Shown here: positions 10,213-20,726 of the stretch, one piece after another
Numbering within the stretch: the stretch's first letter is position 1
Layout: each line of letters begins with the position of its first letter
NCBI GenBank assembly: GCA_004431415.1
Contig: QPMI01000071.1
Coordinates: 372,001-436,000, forward strand
DNA from: Cyanophora paradoxa CCMP329
Lineage: Eukaryota; Plantae; Glaucophyta
Length of the DNA: 64,000 nt
Direction of reading: 5' to 3'
Program-made: the position numbers and the translations under genes
Notes under the pieces: generated by a model
Told to the model about the DNA's origin: nothing
The model's database searches: none
Seen by the model: the letters and a program-made list of their open reading frames with translations, nothing else

Positions 10213-13200
10213 CATGAAGCAGGGCCCGTCGGCGGTCCCATCGCTGCAGCTGCTGGACCTGCCCGACGAGGTTCTTTGGTACATCTTGCAGCTCGTGGAT
10301 CCCGGACCTCGCGGGCGCGTGGCGCGCGCGGCGGGCGTGCCGCCGCTGGAGCGCGGCGTGCCGTGGGGCGAGCTGCGTACGGCGGCGGACGAACCGGCCG
10401 CGCTCGAGCTGTGCGGGCGGGCGCTGTGCACATCACCTTGAAGCCAGGAGCTCGAGGCGAGCGGCTGCGGGTGTTCGGAGCGGCGGCGGCGCTGGTCGAG
10501 GCGTGCGCCGCGCGCGGCCGCGGAGGTGGCGCGCGGGCAGGGCGGAGAGCTTCGAAGCAGCGCTGGCGCTCGAGGGCAAGGTTCTGGGCGGCGACCCGCT
10601 TCGGGTTCCGCAAGCGCTGCGCGAGGCGCTTCGAGTTCAGATGCCGGGGCTCGAGCTCGAGCGCCTGACCGGCCTGCACCTCCCGGGCGCACTTCAGATC
10701 TACGACAAGGCGGCGGCCGAGACCGCCGCGCGCTGCCCCTGCGGCCGGCTCCGGCGGCTCAGCTTCAGCCTCTCAAAGCTGTGCTACGGGCTCCCCGGGG
10801 GCGTCCTGGGCCAGCTCTCGGGCCTCCCGCTGGCGGAGCTGGCCGCCGCCTGCCCGCGCGACTCGCCCAAGTACGCCTGGAGCCTTCGCGCCCTCGCCGG
10901 GACGTCCGCTGGCCTCTCGATTCGCTCCCTCCAGCTCGGGTGAGGCACCCCCGGGCCCGGGCCCGCCGCCCCGCCGGCTTCGCCTTGCCCCCCTCTGAAT
11001 TCGTGCAGGGACCGGCTCTGCCTGGGCCGCGACGCGGCGGCCGCCTTCTTTTCGTTTCCCCGCCTCCAGCGCCTCTTCCCGACGGCGCTCGTCGTCCTGT
11101 CCGTCCGTTATCCCCGTACCCGCCCCCGCTGCCGTGCTCAGCGCGTACCCCGCCAGGTCGGAGGCGGAGGGCACATTCCTGGAGGGCCTCGCGCGGCGCA
11201 CGGCGCTGCGGGAGATCAAATTGCTCCTGGACGCCCGGCGGTACCCCAGGGCCGGGTTCCCTTCCCGGCTCGGGGAGGCCCTCCGCGGCTCCGCCCTCTC
11301 CGCCCTCGATCTCCAGGTCGACTCCCGTGCGTTCCACTTTCCCGCGCCCGTCCTCGCATCTCGCTGAGCCGGCCGATGGGCCGGCAGGCTCCGCGCGGGA
11401 CCGGAGCTTCCTCCCGTCGCTGCTCGAGGGCGCCGGCGCCGTCCTCCGCGCCTTAAGCTTCCGCCTCACAGCGAAGGACCCGCCCGCGCGGGGCGGGCTG
11501 GCGGCCCTCGCCGCCTGCGGGCCCCACCCAGCTCGCGTCGGCGCGCCTCTCCCACCCCCTCGAGCTCGCGATCGGGGAGGACCCGCCGGAGGGGTACGAC
11601 GCCCTCTCCGCCCTCGGGGCACGCCTGCAGGTCCGCCCCGCCTGCCAGGCCCTGCCAGGCCCTGCCAGGCCCTGCCAGGCCCTGCCAGGCCCTGCCCTGC
11701 CGCCGCTGACCGCTGACCGCGGGCAGGTCTGCATCCCGGGCTACTCCCCCCAGCAAGCCGGGGCCCTCCGGGCTCTCCGGCGGCTTGTCCTCTTCGCCCG
11801 CGTCTACGTCGACGTCGAGGAAGACGCGGATCCGGATCTAGATCTGGAGCCGATCTAGATTCTGGATTCTTTGTTTCAAATGCATTTCAGTTCATGCATA
11901 TGATGAGTCAATGTCAGCTTCGAGCGCTTGTGACCGCGCTCCGCGCTCCGCTCTGGCTAGCTCGCTCCGCGGACGTGTCCGCCCGCCCGCCTCGCCCCGC
12001 GCCCCTCGATGGGCTCGGCGCCCCGGCGGCGCAGCTGAGCGTCGAGGCTCCTCCGGCGCGCCCCTCCCTCCCCCCTCCTCTGGCTTGCCTTGCTCACACT
12101 TTCTCCTTAGGCCTAAGGCGGGGTCCGCGGGCGCTCCCCGCGAAGGCCTAAGGTTCTCGCCGGTGGCTCCACCGTCCTCCTGCCGGCGCCGGCCCGGCGG
12201 CCGCCCTCCAGAGCGTCGGCCCCGCCTCCCCTTCTCCGCCTCAAGGGCCTTGCAAGTGGCCCCTCGACTCGACGGACGCGTGAGCCCTGCGCCGGGCCCC
12301 GCGTGAGCTTTCCCTGGGGCCCGGGGTACAACGAAGGTTGAGGCTGAGCCGCAGGCGGCGGGTGCGGGGGCGGTGCCGGTGCCCCCGTCCCTCGAGCGCC
12401 TCCGGCTCTCCATGGCCACCGGGCTCGACCCCGCCGCGTGCGCCGCCCCTTCGGCCTACCCCCCTCCTCCTCCCCCCCCCCGCCATCCCTCCCTCCCCCT
12501 CGCCCCCCCCCCCCCCCCCCCCCCCCCGCCCCCACCCGAGTCGACCTCCGTTCGAGGCTCCAGTTCCCGAGCCGAGCCGCCGTCAGGGGCTCCCGCTGAG
12601 CCCCTGACGGCGTACCCCCCGCGCGCTCCTTCTCCGCCACCGGTCCCCTCGCCTTCCCTCCCTCCAGCCAGCCAGCCCGCCCTCCCGCCCGCCCGCCCGC
12701 CCGCCCGCCCGCCCGCCCGCCAGGCCCGGGGCTGAGCGCCCCGCCTCGCTCCTTTGAGGACCGCCTCGCGGCGCCCTCGAGGCGCGACCGCCGAGCCCGT
12801 TACGGCGTACCCCCCCCTCGTCCCCGCGCCCTCTCTGGGCCGCTGCCGGTCCCCTAACGGAGCGGCCCCGTGTACCCCCGCGCCGCCTACTATAGCTAGA
12901 GCGTACCCCAGACGCCTTCTTCCCCGTACCCTCATCCCCGGATTCGGCCCTCGACTCGGCCGCGGGGCGCCGGCCGGCGCTGCAACGTTCCGAACTGGCC
13001 CTGTACCCCCGTCCCAGCCTGCACGCGGCCGGCGTCTCTCCGATCTGCGCGCCTCCAAGGTACCCTCCCCCTCCCCCTTTCCTTTTCTGTGCCACCCTCC
13101 GATTCCTTACGGGGGCGGCTAGATCGTCGTCAGGTGAGAGCCGGCGCCGGCGCTGGCCGCGGCCGCGGCCGTCGACACCAGAGCATTCGCCGTTTCCCCC

Positions 13201-13564
13201 TTCTTTCATTCGTCAGAGGTCCCGGCCGCGGCCTTCGGCCGCACCGCCGTCTGCGGGAGATTCCCGAGCCCGTAGGCCTGCAGCTGGCCGCCCCGGGCCA
13301 AGAGCTCTCAAGCCCCCCCCGCCTGGAACGGCTCGCCCTGGACCCGGGGGGGTACCTGCATCCCCCCCTTCCCCCCCCCCCCCCCCCCCCCCCCCCCCCT
13401 GCTCCGCCCGGGCCCCCCTCTGCGCCCGCCTCTTCTCAGTTTTGGCGTGCAGGTCATTTCTGGCGCAGCGAGGAGGTGGCGGCCGCCCTGCGGAGCCCGG
13501 GCGCGCTAGCGCTGATCACGAGGGCCGGGCCGGGCGGGGCCGGGCCCTCGCGTCTCCGCCCTGA
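10213..13564 (+). pseudogene. Divergent F-box/LRR-like gene with several frameshifts (pseudogene or indel errors), 3'-truncated by fusion to a PIG-S fragment
   Basis: MKQGPSAVPSLQLLDLPDEVLWYILQLV is F-box-like. The coding-like text changes frame at about 10340, 10425 and 10530. Later LRR-like exons: RLRRLSFS, ALREIKL, SLERLRL, RLERLAL. The extent is uncertain and may include two genes. Confidence 0.5.
11641..11700. repeat. Tandem repeat (CCTGCCAGGC) x5, probably intronic
   Basis: Directly visible 10-bp unit. Confidence 0.9.
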
Positions 13565-13750
13565 CCGCCCTGCGCTCGGCGATGCCCATCTTCGTGGGGC
13601 AGCTGCGGCTCCTGCTGGGCCTCCCCCCGCTCGACCCGGCGCTCTCGCCCTACGCCCGCTCGGACGCCCCGCCGGCCCCGCCGGCCCGGCTCCTGACCTG
13701 CCCCGAGACCGCCATCTGCGACTGGGAGGTCAACGTCCTCGCCCGCGGCC

Positions 13751-13782
<32 letters not shown>

Positions 13783-15212
13783 TCCCTCCGCTCCCTCACA
13801 GCCCTCTTTGACCAGCAGAAGAACATGGTACCCCGCTCGCATCCCGTACCCCCCGCCGCACTTCTCTAAGGCGTACCCCCCCAGGTCGTCGGGGACCACA
13901 TTCGGAACGTCTGCGACCTCGCAATCCAGCAGCTCCGCGACGTGCGCTGCCCCGTAACCCCTCCCGATGCTGTACCCGCCCGACCGCTCCCCTTCTCCCG
14001 TCCCGCAGGCCCGCGCGGCGGTGGCGTCTCTGGACCCGCGGACGGCCCTCGGCGTCGCCCTCTCCGCCGCCCGCCGCGCCCTCGTGGTGCGATAGCCGTA
14101 CCCCTCCTTTCTTCTGCCCCCATCTAATCGCGTACCCCCGCAGGCCTCGCGGGAGGCGTTCTTCGACCCGACGATGCTCGGAATGATGTACTTCCCCGAC
14201 GAGCACAAGGTACCCCCCGGCCCCCGCCCCGCCCCCCTCCTCCCCCCGTTCCATTTGAAATCCGTACCCCAGGCGGCGGTCTACATTCCAATCGCGCTGC
14301 CCGTGGCGATCCCGATTGTGACGGGCTTCGTGAGGCAGCTGCGGTACCGGCGGGAGAAGCTCCGCAGGAAGGCGGCGGAGGCGGCGGCCAAGGCACAGGC
14401 CGACGCGGCGGGCGGGGACGCGGCTGGCGCGGGCGCGGGCGTCGGCGCTGGCGCGGCGCCCTCTGCGGAGGCGCGGCCGGCGGCGCCGGCGGCGGCGGCA
14501 GCGAAAGCGGCGGGCAGGGGTGTCGCGGGCGAAAACTGCGCCGCTAGAGGCGCGCGGGCTCGACTCCGGAGCTGGACATTGATCCGGAGGGCGAGCGACG
14601 GCCTCAGCATACATATATAGCTATACCCCACTTAGCTAGGGCTCCCCTGGAGGGCCCTCTGGGCGATAAACCAATTTGCAACGGCCCAGGAGCGGCGGGC
14701 CTTTGTTTCCCTTCATTCCCCTTCTCTTATTCCCCCCCTACGTCGCCGACGTCATTCTTCATATATGTCGTATATAGTTCGTACGGCGTCTTATGATAGG
14801 CCTCCAAGGAGCGTCATAAGCTTCTTGTGGACTCTAGCCGTGTACATGTGTAGGACCCTGTATAAAAAGTAGGACTGCCATACATTCTGGGAGTCTGCTT
14901 ACGTAGGGCGAAACTCTGTCGGATCAAATATACGGACTATACCTGCAAGCTACTCGAGCCGCTACTTGCCTAAGATCTAGAGCTGTCACGGGACCGAGCA
15001 CACTGCACTGCAGGTCAGATAAACCTCTGTTGGGTCTCAGTCTGCATACCCCTAGACAATGCATTATAAGGGGACTAGTACTTGAGTAAGGGGACTAGTA
15101 CTTGATGCTTAACAGGGGCGAGGCTGCGCGGCGCGCGGGGGCGCCCCCGGCGGGGGCCGGAGCGGGGCTCTCGCGGCGAGCGGCGGGCAAGGCGCCGGTG
15201 GGCGCCGGGTAG
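13565..15212 (+). pseudogene. PIGS: 3' fragment of GPI transamidase subunit PIG-S, interrupted by a solo LTR
   Basis: AALRSAMPIFVGQLRLLLGL...AFFDPTMLGMMYFPDEHK|AAVYIPIALPVAIPIV matches the PIG-S/Gpi17 C-terminal signature. The last exon breaks at 14520, resumes at 15115 and runs to TAG at 15210-15212. The 5' exons are absent. Confidence 0.85.
14521..15114. mobile_element. Solo LTR (594 bp) with 4-bp target-site duplication GGGG
   Basis: Begins TGT, ends ACA, and is flanked by GGGG on both sides. Removing it plus one GGGG restores the PIG-S codons KAAG(R/K)GEAAR seen in the intact copy. Contains TATAAAAA at 14861 and a 20-bp tandem duplication near the right end. Confidence 0.8.
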
Positions 15213-16155
15213 CCGCGGACCCTGGTATAGAGCCCTGGCTTAGGACTTGGTATAGAGCTCTTGCTTAGGTGCCCTCTCCTTCGATAATTATAATTGCACA
15301 TGCGCATGCATATGCACATGCATCTGCTTTCATCTGTAACTGCGCATGCTGATCGTGATTAAAGTGATCATGCATATACTATGATATATGATCGATTACG
15401 CAACGTGCTCGCAAATTTAAAATCAGGATCTAGGCGCGGCAGATCTAGAGCAGTCTAGACAGAGGGAAGGTGGGGGAGTGCGGGGGAAGGGGGCGGGGGG
15501 TTCCGGCCATGGTGCGGATCCGGATGCGGCCGATCGGGTGCCCGCTTTGCTGCGCTCTACGTATATATACCCTCTGCCCGCCGCGCATCCCCGTATACGC
15601 TCTTCTGGGCCACCTGCACCCCCTTTCCATGCATTTGGCCACCTTATCGATATCCAGCGCCACCCTGGCCCCACCTCTTCCGATCCGTCGACGTCGTCGA
15701 CCTCTTCCGATCCGTCGACGTCGTCCTTCCCTCCCCTTTCCCCCGCCCCGGCGCGTTGATTCACCGCCCACGCCCACGCCCCCCCCCCCCCCCCCCCCCA
15801 CCCCTTCTGGCCCTCCCCGGTCCCCCTCTTCGCTTTCTCCCCCGCGCCCCAAGGCCTTCCTTCCAGGCGCCAGCTTTCCTGCTTCACGCAAGCGCAGCTT
15901 GTACCCGCGTCCGACCTGCGTGACCAGATCTAGAAGCGGCACCCCCCGTTCTGCACAGGCGTCGCAGATCTAGTCCGACGGTCCGGAAGCAGCAGTGGCC
16001 GTGCTCATTCCGTACTCTCCTCGAGAGGTATACGGTATAGGTTTACCCATTTTTGATGTTGATTTGATTAATGGTATAAATGAGGGGGGCCGCAGCCGGG
16101 GCGGGGAGCGAATTCCGAATTTGCCAATGCCGGGCTGGCGTTCGTAATATTTACA

Positions 16156-18788
16156 TTATTGCGGGACGAAATCTTCGGACGAAATTGACTCCACATCCTG
16201 CGCAGACAGGACACGATGTTATATTTAGGCTCGCCATGCACATACATGGATTGGGCTGCAGCCGGAGTGGTGCGGCGAACCCGGAGGTAGGAGGTGGAGA
16301 TGTGCAGGTCGGTGGCCCAGTCCTCCTCCTCCAGAACATCGTACTCGTTCGCATCCATGTCCGGCTCCGCGGCTTCCTGCACGACTCATGTACACGCTTA
16401 CTATATTGGTCGCTTACAGGGGTCGTGCTTTACTTTCGCACGAATCGGTAGACTCGCAATTGCAAGTTTGCACCTGGGTTTCGGAGTCTAGGTGATAGTC
16501 TTGGTATTCGATGCAGCCAGAGCGAAACGTCTCCTTGCATGGTCCCCCCCAAGCGGGACATTGCTCCACCCTCTGCCGGACACCGCAGGGCCACCGCAGA
16601 TTATAATACTACGAAAGTAGTTGAGCGGCATATATACGTACTAGTATGTACTTGTTCCCTGGGCCCCCGCACCTGCGTGCAAGCGGGAGGAACGGTGAGG
16701 GAGTCTGGATTTGCTCATGACCAAAGGCCGCGGGCGACGGGGAACGAACTGGGCCGGATCTCCCACCGTAAATTTATGGTCTTCGCACCAAAGGTCGTGG
16801 TAGCAATCAAAATGGAACCGCTCCTCCACGCTGCAGTGCACGGGGTCGGAGCCACATCGCATCAAGATCGGCCGCAGCGCTAGCGGGCGGCCGTGCACGT
16901 GGCCGCGGGCGCCGAGCAGTGCCACACCAGGGTGTGCAGGGAATGTCGTCTGGTGCGCCGAAACTTTTTGTCTCGAGTGTGAAGCTAGGGAATTGCAGCT
17001 TGAACTTGGCTTTGGCGAGGTTTCCCCAGTCATATGTACTCTCCCATTCGTCGAATTTGTATAAGTAGGGATCCGTAATCGTGGTGGCTGAGCGCATGCA
17101 GGCCGCCTCGATTTTGTCCCACGGGACAGGGGCTGGTGATTCACGTAGGATGTGGCTAACTTGTAGGACGCCCCCGCTTGACTCGTCAGCGATGTCCACC
17201 ACCAGACTCACGAGCTCCTTCGCCTCCTCCTCCGTCAGGTTGCCATCCGCCTTCTCGGTCTCCCATTTCGATTTCTGCGCTTGCCCACGCCGGTGCACGC
17301 GTTCAATTGAAGTGGGAACATAGCATCGATAGTTATATCGATCGATATACATCATGGTCTACTAGCTATAGGCTATCGTTCAATAATATAGTCTATATAT
17401 CATATATATATATATATATTTGAATCATAGCTTCGCATCAATAATTCTATATCTTCTATAGCTATGATTGATTATAAGGCTCTACGAATTCGGACAGCGC
17501 GTGGCCATGTTTACCGCTGGCCATGTGATCTATTGTTCTATGCTTTTGGCGAGCGCGCGGGTACCGCCGCAATGAACTTCTCGTTCTGCTGAGCCGCCGC
17601 ATCCCCGAGGTTCTTCGTGACCTCCGCCATGGTGTGCTGCGCCTTTTGCATCGAGACCACATCCTCGAGCGCCATCATCCCCGCCCCCTTGTTGATGAGC
17701 GTTGCGATCTTGGCCTCCTTTTCGGTCCGCGCGAGCTCCGCCGCCGTGTTAGCCGCGCATGTGTCCGAGGCGAACACGCGCAGGGTGTTGACAGCGTGGC
17801 TGGCCGAGCGGCAGATCAGGGACTGGAGTGCGCACGCGGAGCCTCGGAGCCCTGTCAAAGGACTCGGGAAGTAGGGCACCATGGCTCGCAATCTGCGATT
17901 TGGGTAGCTGTGCCTCCTTGAAGAAGCTTGGCGATGTACGAGTAGGCCCTGGGATGGGCGCAGGCGGTGGTGACGAGCTCGGGCGTGCCTGCCTGCAGGG
18001 CTCCGTAGATGTAACGCGGCGGCAAAGCTGTCGTACTCGACCATGTCCCGCAATTGGGAGCTGCGGAATAGCTATACTCGTCTCCCATGGGTTCAGGTTT
18101 TCCGCAGCCTATCACGCCAGGTCCGTAATCGTAGTCGAAAGTACAGTGGTACGGGTAGACTGCCGTCACCGGCGGGCTGTCCAACAATTGCAAGTCTTGG
18201 ACAGATTTAGATCCAACATATATAGCAGCCTGAGGGCGCACCAGGGGGTGCAGGCGGCGGTCGTGCCTCCAAAATTTCCCTTCGACAAGTAGTAGGCGGC
18301 CCCTTCCGTGCCCGATCTGCCGCACGCGTCGGCGAGGGTTTCGTTCGTGAGCTGTCCAGTAATCGTCTTTGTTAGAAGCGGAGTCCCGCTGCAGCCTGTT
18401 GCCGGGTAAGTTTCAATAGTAGACAGCGCCGGGCTGCGGGCCGGGCGAAGCCATGATCAGAACGCATGTACGTGTGCATGCGGTGCTGGCGCTGCTGATG
18501 ATCATATGCATGATGCACACCATGGCGAGCAAGCCCATTTCGTCCCATAAGTGTCGCCCGCGTCTTTTACGGAATTGTAGTTGGAGACGCCCAGCGTTGA
18601 GCACACCTGCACGCCGGGCGAGAGTTCGAGAGTTCACGCGTATATATGTATACGCGTATACGCGTGCAGATACGCACCGCGATTTTGTCTTGCTCTGTGG
18701 CATAGTTTTTGATCGAACGAGTGATTTCCGCTGTCCCGGAGCAATCGGCGCTCTTCCACCCGCTGACTTTCGACCCAGTTGTGCCCAT
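16156..18788 (-). CDS. Novel Cys-module protein A: N-myristoylation motif, CxPC repeats, helical insert, acidic tail (about 10-11 exons)
   Basis: Spliced by hand: MGTTGSKVSGWKSADCSGT...KIA|VCSTLG...WACSPC|PALSTIETYPATGCSGTP...AACTPC|PPVT...YSAAPNCGT...ADCEPC|HAVNTLRVFASDTCAAN...FIAA|KSKWE...DIPCTPC|VEERFHFDCYHDLWCEDH...|EAAEPDMDANEYDVLEEEDW...YLR|DVESISSEDFVPQ*. Junction phases are consistent. The stretch 16470-16780 is ambiguous (possible indel). Confidence 0.7.
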
Positions 18789-18972
18789 CGCAAATTTATA
18801 CGACCGCCAGCTACACACACTGACGTCGACAGTCGCTCAGCTAGATCAGTCGATCGCAAACTTATGCCAGTAAGGCATATGCTTTCCGTCCTAGCTGCAT
18901 GTATATATCTAAGATCCTAACTTAGTAACTAAGATCCGGCGCGGATCCTTAGTAGATTCCGTACTAGTACTA

Positions 18973-19174
18973 CTGTAGGACGGCTTTTTTATAGCTAAAT
19001 TAGCTGTAGTTTTAAATTGCCGTAAATTGCCGAGAGGCCGAAATCTGCAATTTAGCATCACGGCAATGTAGCTGGGGGTAGGTGATTTCTTTGGCCGCCA
19101 TAGAGCGGACGTCTGGACTCTGGACTCGGCAATTTATCGCCACGGCATTTATCGCAATTTAAGCAATCCTACAG
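18973..19174. mobile_element. MITE family 1, copy a (Tc1/mariner-like, TA target-site duplication)
   Basis: TA|CTGTAGGA...TCCTACAG|TA. The internal sequence (tgccgtaaattgccgagaggccgaa...ccgccatagagc...cggcaatttatcgccacggca) is homologous to 54797-55016. Confidence 0.75.
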
Positions 19175-19528
19175 TAAACAACTGGTCCGTCTGGACACTT
19201 CGAAAAAATTCAAACAACTGGCGCCGACTCGAGCTCTGCATGCAGCTGCGCATGCCGGCAGCCGACTCATTGCCGAGTCATTGCCGAGTCAATGCCGACT
19301 ACGGTAACCCTCATGATCAGGGCCAACTAAGTATATAGCTACTAGTACTACGGTAGTAGCCTAGGCTCAGCGCCGAGTCAGCGGCTGCCTAGTACAGTCT
19401 GTACAGACTGTACAGTAGCTTCGTTTAAAGACTGCAGTTTTCAAGTTTCAAGCCTTGAATTTGAAGTTTACCACATGTGCACGTGAACATTAAAATATTG
19501 TGTAAAACTTTCAAGTTTTACAGCACTA

Positions 19529-19820
19529 CCGTGTAAGACTTAAATACCGCGTCACAAATTAGCGCGTTCCAAAAATTTGGGCCCGATTTGCGCTTTACCG
19601 CGCTACCAAATTACCGCGTTCCATCGTCTTCGAAAATGTATTATTTGTTAGCAAAGGGGGTAATACTGCGCTACCAAATTACTGCGTTCTAAAAATTTTG
19701 AGCGCGGTAATTTGGCAGCGCGGTATTTTTTTTGGTGAATTACCGGCCACAGTCTCTAGACACCAGCACTGCGGGGGCTGCCCGGTAGTTAAGTCAGCGC
19801 GGTATATAAGTCTTACACGG
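19529..19820. mobile_element. MITE with 23-bp terminal inverted repeats (CCGTGTAAGACTTA(A/T)ATACCGCG)
   Basis: The inverted repeats match at 22 of 23 positions. Left flank is TA, right flank TC. Internal direct and inverted subrepeats taccgcgctaccaaattaccgcg. Confidence 0.75.
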
Positions 19821-20726
19821 TCGTAGTACATATATGTATGCGAAGTCTAGCTAGGATACCTAGTACTCGTTTGATTTTCGAAAAAATTAAACGCTCGAAG
19901 GCTCTTTCCCGGTCACGGCCGACTCACGGGTACTGGTATATTATGCCATGAATCCCGGCATCCCGGGGGGCCGGGAGCCCGGGACTCCGGGAGTCGGGCC
20001 GGGGCCCGGGAGTCCCGGAACTCGGAAGTTGCCGCCGAACTTGCCGGAACCGGACCGTGACGGCCCGGGGGCCGGGACTCCGGGAGTCCGGGAGTCCGGG
20101 ACGTGACGTCGACGGGCCGCGGCCGGGACAGTCACGGTCGGCGGGACTCCGCCGGGTCGGGACTCCCGGGCCCGGGCCGGGAGGCACCGCCGCCGCCGCC
20201 CGCCGGCATGCGCAGCCTCAGGGCCTGGCAGTGCGGCAGTACTAGCTATACTAGTGCTGCCGCTGCTGCGGCACTGCTGCCAGGCTGTACCGTGAGTACC
20301 GTGACAGACACTGACAGTGCCGCACTGCAGCCGCAGTACTAGTGCGGTTCCGAATTCGAATTCGAAGTTCTACTACGTATACGCTGCCTACGCAGTGTAG
20401 TACCGTAGTACGCACACGGGACGTACGGTACGTAACAGTACTACGGTAGGCTGGAGCTCATCACTGAGTCATGCATGATCAGCGGCGAGCGGTCGAGTAC
20501 CGGTAGTAGAGTACGCCGCGCCTCTCCGCGGCCTTTCCAAGTTCCGAAGTTGAGCGCGAGCGGCAAAACTGCACATAGACCCACTGGTAACACACACATG
20601 TACACGTATATATACGTACATGTATACGTATTAGCCAATAGATCTAGATTAGGGTCCTTTAATTTGAACCCCTTCGTTGAACCCCGGCCCGCGCAGGTTA
20701 CCTAGGCCTGGTAACTCCCGTCGAAC

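Noticed and set aside
17538-17820. HAVNTLRVFAS as a possible tyrosine-recombinase HxLR motif
   Set aside because: No catalytic Tyr or other motifs. It aligns instead with the Cys module of gene A (CPALSTIETYPATGC vs CHAVNTLRVFASDTC).
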